Made by a program: the position numbers and the translations under genes | From: Sedimentisphaerales bacterium | GTDB taxonomy: Bacteria; Planctomycetota; Phycisphaerae; Sedimentisphaerales; SM23-30 | Reading direction: 5' to 3' | Assembly: GCA_016932145.1 (NCBI GenBank) | Contig: JAFGDI010000188.1 | Span: 1 to 25,098, forward strand | Length of the DNA: 25,098 bases | Notes under the pieces: model-generated | Database searches by the model: none | Told to the model about the DNA's origin: nothing | The model's input: the letters and a program-made list of their open reading frames with translations, nothing else | Shown: piece after piece, positions 1 to 7,294 of the stretch | Layout: the number at the start of each line of letters is the position of its first letter | How positions within the stretch are numbered: the first letter of the stretch is position 1

Positions 1-66
1 AAATATAAAATATACACTTTTATTATAGGACTCAATTAAAATCTTTTTTATTTTTATTTTTTTAAC

Positions 67-93
67 TAACCCGATAACTTTTTATGCCGATTA
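67..93 (+). promoter_or_regulatory. Candidate sigma28 (FliA/SigD)-type promoter
   Basis: TAAC-N15-GCCGATTA versus consensus TAAA-N15-GCCGATAA: 2 mismatches with exact spacing, upstream of the DGC start at 170. Confidence 0.4.
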
Positions 94-111
94 AGGTTAT
101 GATGCGAGATG

Positions 112-128
112 CTGGCAACGAGCCTGCA
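112..128 (+). promoter_or_regulatory. Candidate sigma54 -24/-12 promoter
   Basis: CTGGCAACGAGCCTGCA versus YTGGCACGNNNNTTGCW. GG at 114-115 and GC at 126-127 have canonical spacing, about 40 nt upstream of the DGC ATG. Confidence 0.4.
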
Positions 129-169
129 TACACCAGATACAGAGAGTAAAAGTTAAGTAAACACTATAT

Positions 170-1549
170 ATGGATATAAGCATAGTATATAAAGGAACTA
201 ACGAGTTATTCAGTGATACTCTGGAAAAAATCTGCCAGAGTTGCCAGTATCGCTTTGTCCATAGCTCTGATATTTCACAAAATCCTTCTGACAATATTGA
301 AAACTATATTGTTTTCAGTGACCCAAATAGAATTGCCAGTCAGGAAATGACCTGTGAAATTCTGGTACTACCTCATAATTCAAGCTATACCATTCCCGAT
401 GAATTATCACCTCTGGACATAGTACATGACAACTGCCCTGCCAGAATACTGTTAAATAAGATCAATCTCTATCGCAATAATCTGGCAAAATGCTGCCAGA
501 GCGGCCAGAACTTTAAGGCTGCTGTGATAATGGCAGCCAAAGAAAAGATTATTATCGAACGATTCAGGAGGATAAGCAGTATTTCTCGCAAGGTTAATAG
601 CCTGGACATGGACGAAATAGCCCGGGCCTGCGTAGAAGACATACCCGACATTTTTCATGCAAAGTATGCTTCAATATACACTTACGACTCAGAAAATCAA
701 TGTCTCCACTTAATGAGACATAATCATGACCATAAAATATCTTCTTTGGTAAATATCAGTAGCAACCCTGACCGGCCAATGGCACAGGCGGTTAAAGGCA
801 AGAAGTTAATGATCATTGAAGATCTCAATATTCATAAGTTTGCCACTGTCAGTCAGCAAAACCAGACAAACTATCAGACAAGAAGCTGTGTGGTAGCACC
901 ACTGCTCAGTGGCGATAAGGTCCTGGGCATTCTGAACCTGGCCGACAAATACGACCTGTCGAACTTTGAAAAACAAACCGATCTGCCGGCCTTGGAGCTG
1001 CTTTGCGAAACTATTGGTGCGGCCCTCTGCAATATTCAGCTTTATAAAGAAGTTAACCATAAGGCCCAGACCGATGGCATGACCGGGCTGGTTAATCACA
1101 CGACATTCTATAATATTCTCAAAAGAGAACTTAATCGAGCCGAACGCTACAGTGGAAAACTTGCCTTACTGATGATCGATCTCGATGGACTCAAGGGCAT
1201 AAATGATAAATACGGACATATCGCCGGGGATCTGGTCATAAAACACATTGCCGATTGCATAAGAAAGTGTATTCGCCAGACTGACATAGCAGCGAGATAT
1301 GGCGGAGATGAATTTGCTGTAATTCTCCCAGAAACAAATATTTATGACGCGGAAATTATAGCAGACCGACTACTGAATGAGGTAGAAAGTAATCTGGTCC
1401 ATTTCAAAGATGCCGACATTCGCGCCACCATCTCTATAGGACTGGGGCAAAGCGAAAATGGTAAGCCCATCGAAGAGCTTGTCGATGATATCGACAGTGC
1501 CCTGTTCACCGCTAAAGAAAACGGTAAGAACCAGAGAATACTGGCTTAA
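170..1549 (+). CDS. GAF-domain diguanylate cyclase (GGDEF), with an N-terminal ~120 aa region that may be a degenerate receiver-like domain
   Basis: C-terminal 'AQTDGMTGLVNH...LLMIDLDGLKGINDKYGHIAGDLVIK...RQTDIAARYGGDEFAVILPET'. The active site GGDEF is intact and an RxxD I-site (RQTD) lies 5 residues upstream. The central GAF signature is 'RSCVVAPLLSGDKVLGILNLADK'. Confidence 0.93.
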   Translation: MDISIVYKGTNELFSDTLEKICQSCQYRFVHSSDISQNPSDNIENYIVFSDPNRIASQEMTCEILVLPHNSSYTIPDELSPLDIVHDNCPARILLNKINLYRNNLAKCCQSGQNFKAAVIMAAKEKIIIERFRRISSISRKVNSLDMDEIARACVEDIPDIFHAKYASIYTYDSENQCLHLMRHNHDHKISSLVNISSNPDRPMAQAVKGKKLMIIEDLNIHKFATVSQQNQTNYQTRSCVVAPLLSGDKVLGILNLADKYDLSNFEKQTDLPALELLCETIGAALCNIQLYKEVNHKAQTDGMTGLVNHTTFYNILKRELNRAERYSGKLALLMIDLDGLKGINDKYGHIAGDLVIKHIADCIRKCIRQTDIAARYGGDEFAVILPETNIYDAEIIADRLLNEVESNLVHFKDADIRATISIGLGQSENGKPIEELVDDIDSALFTAKENGKNQRILA

Positions 1550-1567
1550 AATATTCCGTCATGCCAA

Positions 1568-2353
1568 TCAGGTCTTAAATACCAGCTTAAGCGGACAATG
1601 GTCTGACCCCATAACTTCAGTAAGATGACTGCACGAAATGAGTCTGGGACGAGCTGACTCGGTAGCGAAGAAATAATCTATTCTCCAGCCAACATTTCTA
1701 CTACGAGCTCTGGTTTTATAGTCCCACCAGGTATAGCGGTCAGGTTCTTTGTCAAATTCACGAAAGACATCAACAAAACCGGCGGCAATAAGCTCATCGA
1801 TCCAGGCCCTTTCGCAAGGCAAAAAACCTGTAATCTTTTCGTTAGCCTTTGGGCGGGCCAGATCAATTGACTTGTGTGCAGTATTAACATCGCCACAAAA
1901 GACAATATCTGGGCATACCTTACGGCGATTTTTCATATATTTCAGGAACTCATCATAAAATTCCATCTTATAATCCAGCCGGGCAAAGCCGCCTTCTGGC
2001 AGATCGGCACCACCATTAGGGAAATATATAGTATATAATTCCCAATCGTCAAAGCGCAGGCCAATTACCCTGCCTTCGCAATCGAACTTTTCTATGCCAA
2101 AGCCAGTTACCACCTCTTTGGGCTTCACTCTCGACCAGATAGCAGTACCACTATAGCCGGGCCGCTGGGCAGAGTTGACATATAATTCATAGCCTGCTTT
2201 ATGCAGCAGTTCTTCGGGGAATTGTTCAGGTTTGGCCTTTATCTCCTGCAGACAGATAATATCGGCCTCGAAATCATCAAAAATCTGCGAAAACCCCTTG
2301 CCATGTATAGCCCGGACCCCATTTACATTCCAGTTTATTATTGTAGTTGTCAT
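1568..2353 (-). CDS. xth: Exodeoxyribonuclease III (AP endonuclease)
   Basis: Motifs 'NWNVNGVRA', 'DIICLQEIK', 'GYSGTAIW', 'EGRVI', 'IYFPNG', 'CGDVNTAH', 'YTWWDY...NVGWRIDYF' and 'GSDHCP'. Confidence 0.96.
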   Translation of the reverse strand: MTTTIINWNVNGVRAIHGKGFSQIFDDFEADIICLQEIKAKPEQFPEELLHKAGYELYVNSAQRPGYSGTAIWSRVKPKEVVTGFGIEKFDCEGRVIGLRFDDWELYTIYFPNGGADLPEGGFARLDYKMEFYDEFLKYMKNRRKVCPDIVFCGDVNTAHKSIDLARPKANEKITGFLPCERAWIDELIAAGFVDVFREFDKEPDRYTWWDYKTRARSRNVGWRIDYFFATESARPRLISCSHLTEVMGSDHCPLKLVFKT

Positions 2354-2360
2354 AATTTTA

Positions 2361-2504
2361 GTATAGACGCATGATCATGCATCTCATTTTGATTCTTAAT
2401 ACCGTTTCGCACACATACTTTTCTTCAGCGTCCTGAAGCCATAATTATGTATTATCAATATCCTCATTTTTCAACTTCTCAGACGCATAATCATGCGTCT
2501 CTGC
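2361..2504. repeat. Inverted REP doublet (REPIN-like) no. 1: copy 1 (+) 2361-2388 and copy 2 (-) 2477-2504
   Basis: Copy 1 is GTATAGACGCATGATCATGCATCTCATT and copy 2 (reverse complement) is GCAGAGACGCATGATTATGCGTCTGAGA. They match GTAGAGACGCATGATTATGCGTCTCAGA at 23/28 and 26/28, and each has an internal palindrome AGACGCAT-N4-ATGCGTCT (one mismatch in copy 1). Confidence 0.75.
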
Positions 2505-3530
2505 ATTCAACTTTCTTTCAATTTCTTCCAGTTCGTCCCACTTATCTTCATCCTCGTCGATTTCGTCATCGAAATCAGAATCAGACTCATAGAGCATTTC
2601 ACTGACGGCATCTTCTACCGTCTCGCTGAACCCGGCGAGATCTTCGGTAATACTTATGCCATCAGAAAAGAGCTTTTCTGGCTCTGGCTTTTCCATACCA
2701 ACATCACGAAGCAACTCTTCTTCCTCGCTCTGGATCGCGGCTCCGGAAATAGTATTTAGTACCGCCTGCTGCGGGTCAGCTTCTGTAAGGGGAAAGACAT
2801 AGATCGTGCCAAATGACTTTTCCTGCTCAATGCGTATAAGTCTGTGGCGCATCAGTTCCAGAATAGCCAGGAACAAGCCGACAAATTCTTCCCTGCTGGT
2901 GGCCTCGCGGAAAACCGCCTCAAATATAAGCGGTTTGGCCTGCTGAGCCATAGTCAGTATCCGTACCTCATAAACATCGATAGGCGTTTCATCTTCGACG
3001 ACATTATGTGTGGCACGAGCAGCCATAGTCGCAGTCATCAGCCGGGCAAAAGCGTCCATCAGGTCCCAGATCTGCACAGATTCCATGTCCAGTTCCTGCT
3101 CGCTTTTCAATTCCTGCTTTAACCTCTGCAAATCAGCCAGAGGGCGATGGAATTTATTACTCCGCTCTTCGGCACAATCTTCGAGCATGCCGGCGGCATC
3201 TTTGAACCGCTTATATTCCAACAACTGATGGATAAGCTCCAGCCGCGGATCACTGGGATCTGTCGCCCCTTCGCCCTGCTCATCTTCGGGGTTCTGTTCC
3301 CGCGGAATAACCATAAGGCTTTTAAGCTCGATCAAAGTAGCAGCCATAACCAGAAACTCACCGGCGAGATCGACATCAAGCTCCTCCATCAGATTGATAT
3401 AAGCCAGATATTGCTCTGTTATCTTAGCTACCGGGAGATCATATATATCTATCTCATCTCGGCGGATCAGATAGAGCAGCAGGTCCATCGGACCATCATA
3501 TACTTCAAGTTGTACTCTGTAATCAGACAT
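2445..3530 (-). CDS. scpA: Segregation and condensation protein A (kleisin), with a long acidic C-terminal tail
   Basis: N-terminus 'YRVQLEVYDGPMDLLLYLIRRDEIDIYDLPVAKITEQYL...AGEFLVMAATLIELKS', 'DPRLELIHQLLEYKRFKDAA' and C-terminal winged helix 'FLAILELMRHRLIRIEQEKSFGTIYV'. SD GAAGGA at 3535-3540. Confidence 0.93.
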   Translation of the reverse strand: MSDYRVQLEVYDGPMDLLLYLIRRDEIDIYDLPVAKITEQYLAYINLMEELDVDLAGEFLVMAATLIELKSLMVIPREQNPEDEQGEGATDPSDPRLELIHQLLEYKRFKDAAGMLEDCAEERSNKFHRPLADLQRLKQELKSEQELDMESVQIWDLMDAFARLMTATMAARATHNVVEDETPIDVYEVRILTMAQQAKPLIFEAVFREATSREEFVGLFLAILELMRHRLIRIEQEKSFGTIYVFPLTEADPQQAVLNTISGAAIQSEEEELLRDVGMEKPEPEKLFSDGISITEDLAGFSETVEDAVSEMLYESDSDFDDEIDEDEDKWDELEEIERKLNAETHDYASEKLKNEDIDNT

Positions 3531-3540
3531 AAATTCCTTC

Positions 3541-3653
3541 GTAGAGCCGCATAATTATGCGTCTCAGACATTCATTCCAGGCTCCCATCTCACGAAAACG
3601 CACCTTATGTTACTCGGGTTGCATTTCTGAGACGCATAATCATGCGTCTCTAC
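3541..3653. repeat. Inverted REP doublet (REPIN-like) no. 2: copy 3 (+) 3541-3568 and copy 4 (-) 3626-3653, 57-nt spacer
   Basis: GTAGAGCCGCATAATTATGCGTCTCAGA ... TCTGAGACGCATAATCATGCGTCTCTAC. The arms are 26/28 complementary and both start with the GTAG tetranucleotide facing inward. Confidence 0.85.
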
Positions 3654-4621
3654 CTCAGGCCGGTAGCAGACCTTACCTTTTCCATGAGAACATTGGTTTT
3701 TTCTCTGGCTTTACGGCCGCCTTCGGCCAGTACATCATCGACATACGCCGGGTCATTCACCAGTTGCTCGTACTTTTCGCGGTATGGTGCCAGCAGCTCA
3801 TTAAGTTTTTCGGCAACGGCCTTTTTAGCCTCGCCATACCCCATACCGCCTCGTGTATATTTTTCCTGCCATTGGGCCAGTTCCGCTTCATTACAGAGCA
3901 GTTTGAGCATGGCGAAAACATTGCATTTGGCCGGGTCTTTGGGGTCTTCAACAGGCGTAGAGTCAGTCACAATACGCATCACCCGCTTACTACTCTGCTT
4001 GGCCGTCTCGAAAAGGGGAATGGTATTATCGTAGCTTTTGGACATTTTGCGACCATCAAGTCCGGGCACTACCGCGGTATTATCGAGAATGTAAGCATCT
4101 GGTACAGTGAGTATCTCACCATACTGGTTATTAAACTTCTCAGCTATATCGCGAGTAACCTCTATATGCTGTTTCTGGTCCTGCCCAACCGGCACCAGAT
4201 CGCAACTGGTGATCAGAATATCAGCCGCCTGCAAACAGGGGTAATAGAACAGGCCATGACTGGCGGTAAGTCCCTGAGCGACCTTATCTTTATAACTGGT
4301 ACAGCGTTCGAGCAGCCCCATCGGAATCAGGCAGGAGAAGATCCAGCTCAGCTCTGTTACCGCCGGGACATCGCTCTGGCGATAGAAAACCGACTTTTCC
4401 GGGTCAATACCCAGAGCCAGATAGCTCATTGCTACTTCTCGCACATACTCCCGCAGCAGAGCGGGCTCTTTAACCGAAGTCATAGCATGATAGTCAGCAA
4501 TAAAATAATAACAGTGATTGCCCTGCTCTTGCAAAGCCAGAAACTGGCGAATCGCCCCGAAATAATTGCCGATATGCAATTTACCCGAAGGCTGCACACC
4601 GGATAATATAGTCTTAGTCAT
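3650..4621 (-). CDS. trpS: Tryptophanyl-tRNA synthetase
   Basis: 'SGVQPSGKLHIGNYFGA' (HIGH motif), 'IADYHA', 'YPCLQAADIL', 'VPVGQDQKQHIEVTRDIA' and 'GLDGRKMSKSYDN' (KMSKS motif). Confidence 0.98.
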   Translation of the reverse strand: MTKTILSGVQPSGKLHIGNYFGAIRQFLALQEQGNHCYYFIADYHAMTSVKEPALLREYVREVAMSYLALGIDPEKSVFYRQSDVPAVTELSWIFSCLIPMGLLERCTSYKDKVAQGLTASHGLFYYPCLQAADILITSCDLVPVGQDQKQHIEVTRDIAEKFNNQYGEILTVPDAYILDNTAVVPGLDGRKMSKSYDNTIPLFETAKQSSKRVMRIVTDSTPVEDPKDPAKCNVFAMLKLLCNEAELAQWQEKYTRGGMGYGEAKKAVAEKLNELLAPYREKYEQLVNDPAYVDDVLAEGGRKAREKTNVLMEKVRSATGLR

Positions 4622-4680
4622 TCCAATAATCCGTAACTCATTAAATTATATAGTTTTACATTCTTCCGAAACAAAACACC

Positions 4681-4709
4681 ATCATAACCGATAATCTTGC
4701 TAAAGTCAA
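4681..4709 (-). promoter_or_regulatory. Sigma70-type promoter for trpS-scpA-xth
   Basis: Minus strand TTGACT-N17-TATGAT (-35 at 4709-4704, -10 at 4686-4681), about 60 nt upstream of the trpS ATG. Confidence 0.7.
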
Positions 4710-4764
4710 TCGCTTCCCCGGGGTGTATTGCCCCTGCCAGCTCTGGCCTAATCGACTTAAGCCC

Positions 4765-4799
4765 AATAAAGAAAGGCACAACTGGACGGGTTGTGCCTT
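4765..4799 (-). terminator. Intrinsic terminator of the flagellin transcript
   Basis: Minus strand AAGGCACAAC-CCGTCCA-GTTGTGCCTT is a perfect 10-bp stem followed by TCTTTATT, about 95 nt after the fliC stop. Confidence 0.8.
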
Positions 4800-4892
4800 G
4801 TCACGGAGTTGAGGCTGTTGCGGGTTCCATAAAGGAACAGGGGGACGAGCCCTGCTGCGGTAAGCATTACCCACGAGCCTTGCGCATAATTT

Positions 4893-6353
4893 TTATTGCA
4901 GCAGTGAAAGGACTGACTGCGCGGTCTGGTTAGCGATACTAAGAACAGAAGTACCGGCATTAACCAGAATCTGATTACGAGTAAGATTAGCAGACTCTTC
5001 GGCGAAGTCGGCATCTCTGATATCACTCTCGGAGGAAGTTACATTTTCCAGAGTAATGCTCAGAGAGTTAATATTGGTTTCCAGAGTGTTCTTTTCAAAA
5101 GCACCCAGGCGACCACGCAAAACAGAGATCTGCGAAATAGCTTCTTCAACTATCTTTGAAGCTCCGGCAGTATTACCACTCACCAGAGAAGCGATACCAC
5201 CTGTGGAAACCTCGTTAAGGAATCCGCTTTCAATTGAACCCAGATTACTGGCCGCAATAGAAGCAATACCAACGCTGACCTGTTCTGAAGTATTGATGTG
5301 CGGTCCTAACTGGAACATAGCGCCACCGCCGGTAACATAAAATGTTGTGCTGTTACCAGAGCCGAATTGGGTATCGAGCTTCAGACGCATGTCCAGGCCG
5401 CCGCTATTAAGCGTAAGCATAGAGCCATCGCCAGTTGTGGTAGTACCATTGATAGTAGCAACAACATCACGACCGACATCACGCTGGGCAGCGACATAAG
5501 TTGCCGTAGCTTCATTATACTTTTTAACGGTAAAGGTGCCTGAACTGCTGGGCAGAGCACGAACAGAGACAAAGGCATCACTGCCATAGTCTATGCTCAG
5601 GAAAGAAATGCCCGAGTTAGCATTAGCACCATTAACAAAGGCGGCAGAGACGCCGGTAGCACCGGTAACGGCATTGATCGCCATTACTATGCTGCTGGCA
5701 GCGAATCCGCTGACGAAGTTAAATACCTCGACGCCACGATTGGAAGCAACTTCCAGAGTGACAGACTGACTCAGAGCGGTTATTCCGCCTGATAGTCTCA
5801 GCTCACCCCGCTGTGCGGAAATCACACCGGAAACCGTCACAGTAAGGTAATCCTGGCTGCCGAGCATGGCGCTATAGACATCGAGCCCCTTGACTGCCGA
5901 GGTTGAAACGCCGGAGGTAACATATCCCATATTACCATTAAGCAGTTGCAAGCCGGAGAAGGTAGTAGAATTAGCAATACGGGTGATACTCTCAATAGCA
6001 GAATCGACCTGGAGCTGATTAGCCCTGATCTCTTCATCGCTGAGAGCGCCGGTATTGGCCGCTTCGACTGTAAGGCCCTTAATTGTGATGAGCAGAGCCG
6101 CTACTTCAGCTAAAGCACCTTCGGCAGTCGCAATGACATTCGAGGCCCTTTCAGAATTGCCGATAGCATTTTCAAGACTGGTCATTTCTGAACGCAAAGT
6201 TTCAGATACGATCAGCCCGGCAGGATCGTCTGCTCCCCGGTTGATCCTCAAGCCACTACTAAGCCTTTCCAGAGTAGTGCCGAGGCCTTTGTTTGACTTA
6301 CCCAGAAAATTCTGGGCAGTCAACGCTGATACATTTGTATTAATCCTGGTCAT
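4893..6353 (-). CDS. fliC: Flagellin
   Basis: N-terminus 'MTRINTNVSALTAQ...LERLSSGLRINRGADDPAGL' and C-terminus 'RGRLGAFEKNTLETNINSL...ENVTSSESDIRDADFAEESANLTRNQILVNAGTSVLSIANQTAQSVLSLLQ'. SD GGAGG at 6367-6363. Confidence 0.98.
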   Translation of the reverse strand: MTRINTNVSALTAQNFLGKSNKGLGTTLERLSSGLRINRGADDPAGLIVSETLRSEMTSLENAIGNSERASNVIATAEGALAEVAALLITIKGLTVEAANTGALSDEEIRANQLQVDSAIESITRIANSTTFSGLQLLNGNMGYVTSGVSTSAVKGLDVYSAMLGSQDYLTVTVSGVISAQRGELRLSGGITALSQSVTLEVASNRGVEVFNFVSGFAASSIVMAINAVTGATGVSAAFVNGANANSGISFLSIDYGSDAFVSVRALPSSSGTFTVKKYNEATATYVAAQRDVGRDVVATINGTTTTGDGSMLTLNSGGLDMRLKLDTQFGSGNSTTFYVTGGGAMFQLGPHINTSEQVSVGIASIAASNLGSIESGFLNEVSTGGIASLVSGNTAGASKIVEEAISQISVLRGRLGAFEKNTLETNINSLSITLENVTSSESDIRDADFAEESANLTRNQILVNAGTSVLSIANQTAQSVLSLLQ

Positions 6354-6402
6354 TAGTCAAATCCTCCGTGACTATTCCTTGAACTCCCGCCGGCTCCTTG
6401 CC
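6354..6402 (-). promoter_or_regulatory. Flagellin 5' leader with multiple putative CsrA sites (GGA motifs, two in hairpin loops)
   Basis: Minus strand GGC-AAGGA-GCC (6402-6392), CGGGAG, CAAGGAA, and TAGTCA-CGGAGGATT-TGACTA (6374-6354) enclosing the SD. csrA and fliW lie immediately upstream. Confidence 0.65.
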
Positions 6403-6428
6403 TGACATAAAGCACATTATCCTTTTTC

Positions 6429-6446
6429 ATACATGCTTAATGCCGG
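6429..6446 (-). promoter_or_regulatory. Candidate sigma54-like promoter for fliC with a non-canonical -12 box
   Basis: Minus strand CCGGCATTAAGCATGTAT has GGCA-N7-TGTA, the same geometry and TGTAT ending as the element upstream of the flg operon. Confidence 0.35.
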
Positions 6447-6490
6447 GAGTGTAACTTCCTGTTAAATCACAGTTATCGCTGTTTATACAA

Positions 6491-6700
6491 CTACGCCTCA
6501 CTTATGTCTTCGAGTGTTATATTGGACGCCTGCTTATTTTCCTTCTTGATCGCCTCGTAAACTTCCTTACGATGGACCGGGATATTTGGCGGAGCCGTAA
6601 TACCAACTCTAACTTTGTCACCACGAATATCTACAACGGTGATCTCTATATTATCACCGATCATTATTGTCTGATCTTTATGCCTGCTTAAAACCAACAT
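6491..6700 (-). CDS. csrA: Carbon storage regulator / translational repressor CsrA
   Basis: 'MLVLSRHKDQTIMIGDNIEITVVDIRGDKVRVGITAPPNIPVHRKEVYEAIKKEN' is the canonical CsrA fold plus the C-terminal extension typical of FliW-binding CsrAs. Confidence 0.97.
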   Translation of the reverse strand: MLVLSRHKDQTIMIGDNIEITVVDIRGDKVRVGITAPPNIPVHRKEVYEAIKKENKQASNITLEDISEA

Positions 6701-6814
6701 TTTAATGCTCCCTGGTCTGATACAAACCGTTATATTATCAGTCTATTTTCTGGTTTGCAGACTGCCTCACTAAGAAACATGTCTGTAAATATACAATTAC
6801 CACTGCTCAACGGG

Positions 6815-7294
6815 TCAGGCTGTCTGGGAGACCTGCGGCTGAGACACCTGCTGCTCTGACTGGGGCTGCTTATTACGCAGCTCCATCAGCGGGTGACGGG
6901 TACTGTATCTTTTCTCAGAAAGCACAAGCTGGCGGGCCTGACAGGTAGTAGCATTAACTACCAGCGGTCCTTGCAGGTTGCCGGTCAATGCCTGGCCAAC
7001 CTTATTGACTATAATCATGACCTGGGCATTATCAAGATTTTCCAGATCGATAGTCTTGAGATCTTCTGCCTTTACCGGCACCTGATAGTCCGGCACGAAC
7101 AGCAGTGGATCGCAAACAACAAAGGCCAGATTGGCACATTCGATCGATTGCAGCCAGAAGAAGCAATTTTCTGTATTGGTCTGCAATAAGGCGTAATCAT
7201 GATAATCCGGGAAGCCGAGTATTCCCTCAGCAAATCGCATTATGCGTGAACCGTCGATCTCAATTTCGCCAAATCTTGTTGTCTGTATATTCAT
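6815..7294 (-). CDS. fliW: Flagellar assembly factor / CsrA antagonist FliW
   Basis: 'IQTTRFGEIEID...IMRFAEGILGFPDY...FFWLQSIE..NLAFVVCDP..FVPDY...TGNLQGPLVVN...ARQLVL'. The start was reassigned from 7336 to the ATG at 7294 because AGGAGG sits at 7310-7305. Confidence 0.95.
   Translation of the reverse strand: MNIQTTRFGEIEIDGSRIMRFAEGILGFPDYHDYALLQTNTENCFFWLQSIECANLAFVVCDPLLFVPDYQVPVKAEDLKTIDLENLDNAQVMIIVNKVGQALTGNLQGPLVVNATTCQARQLVLSEKRYSTRHPLMELRNKQPQSEQQVSQPQVSQTA

Noticed and set aside
36-66. Apparent shared motif between the T-rich tract upstream of the DGC and the tract at 17111-17131 (TTAAAA..TCTTTTTT)
   Set aside because: This is low-complexity A/T sequence and the similarity is expected by chance in promoter regions.
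2361-3653. CRISPR array interpretation of the repeated 28-bp palindromes
   Set aside because: The copies alternate in orientation, spacing is irregular (88, 1036 and 57 nt), there are no direct repeat-spacer units, and no cas genes are present.
3557-4606. 349-aa antisense ORF covering almost all of trpS (tempting in light of the Rodin-Ohno sense/antisense synthetase idea)
   Set aside because: It is exactly in codon register with trpS and stays open only because trpS uses no TTA, CTA or TCA after codon 6. Its ATG lies inside a REP copy, it has no recognisable motifs, and scpA shows similar in-register shadow ORFs. It is best explained by codon bias.
4668-4694. Plus-strand GAAA-N15-ACCGATAA sigma28-like motif pointing antisense into fliC
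   Set aside because: It has two mismatches and coincides with the spacer of the much better minus-strand sigma70 promoter, so it is likely coincidental.
4622-4764. T-box riboswitch upstream of trpS
   Set aside because: No T-box 14-mer (AGGGTGGNACCGCG-like) or specifier stem is visible, and the leader after the sigma70 promoter is too short (about 50 nt).
4893-6353. Flagellinolysin (protease-bearing flagellin) or TLR5-evasion story
   Set aside because: There is no HExxH motif in the variable region. The divergent 'ITIKGLTV' in place of 'QRVRELAV' (6066-6089) looks like ordinary lineage divergence, with no evidence of a host association.
6473-6499. Sigma28 promoter for flagellin (AGCGATAA -10-like box)
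   Set aside because: The -10 box has two mismatches and no TAAA-like -35 is found at 15-16 nt spacing.
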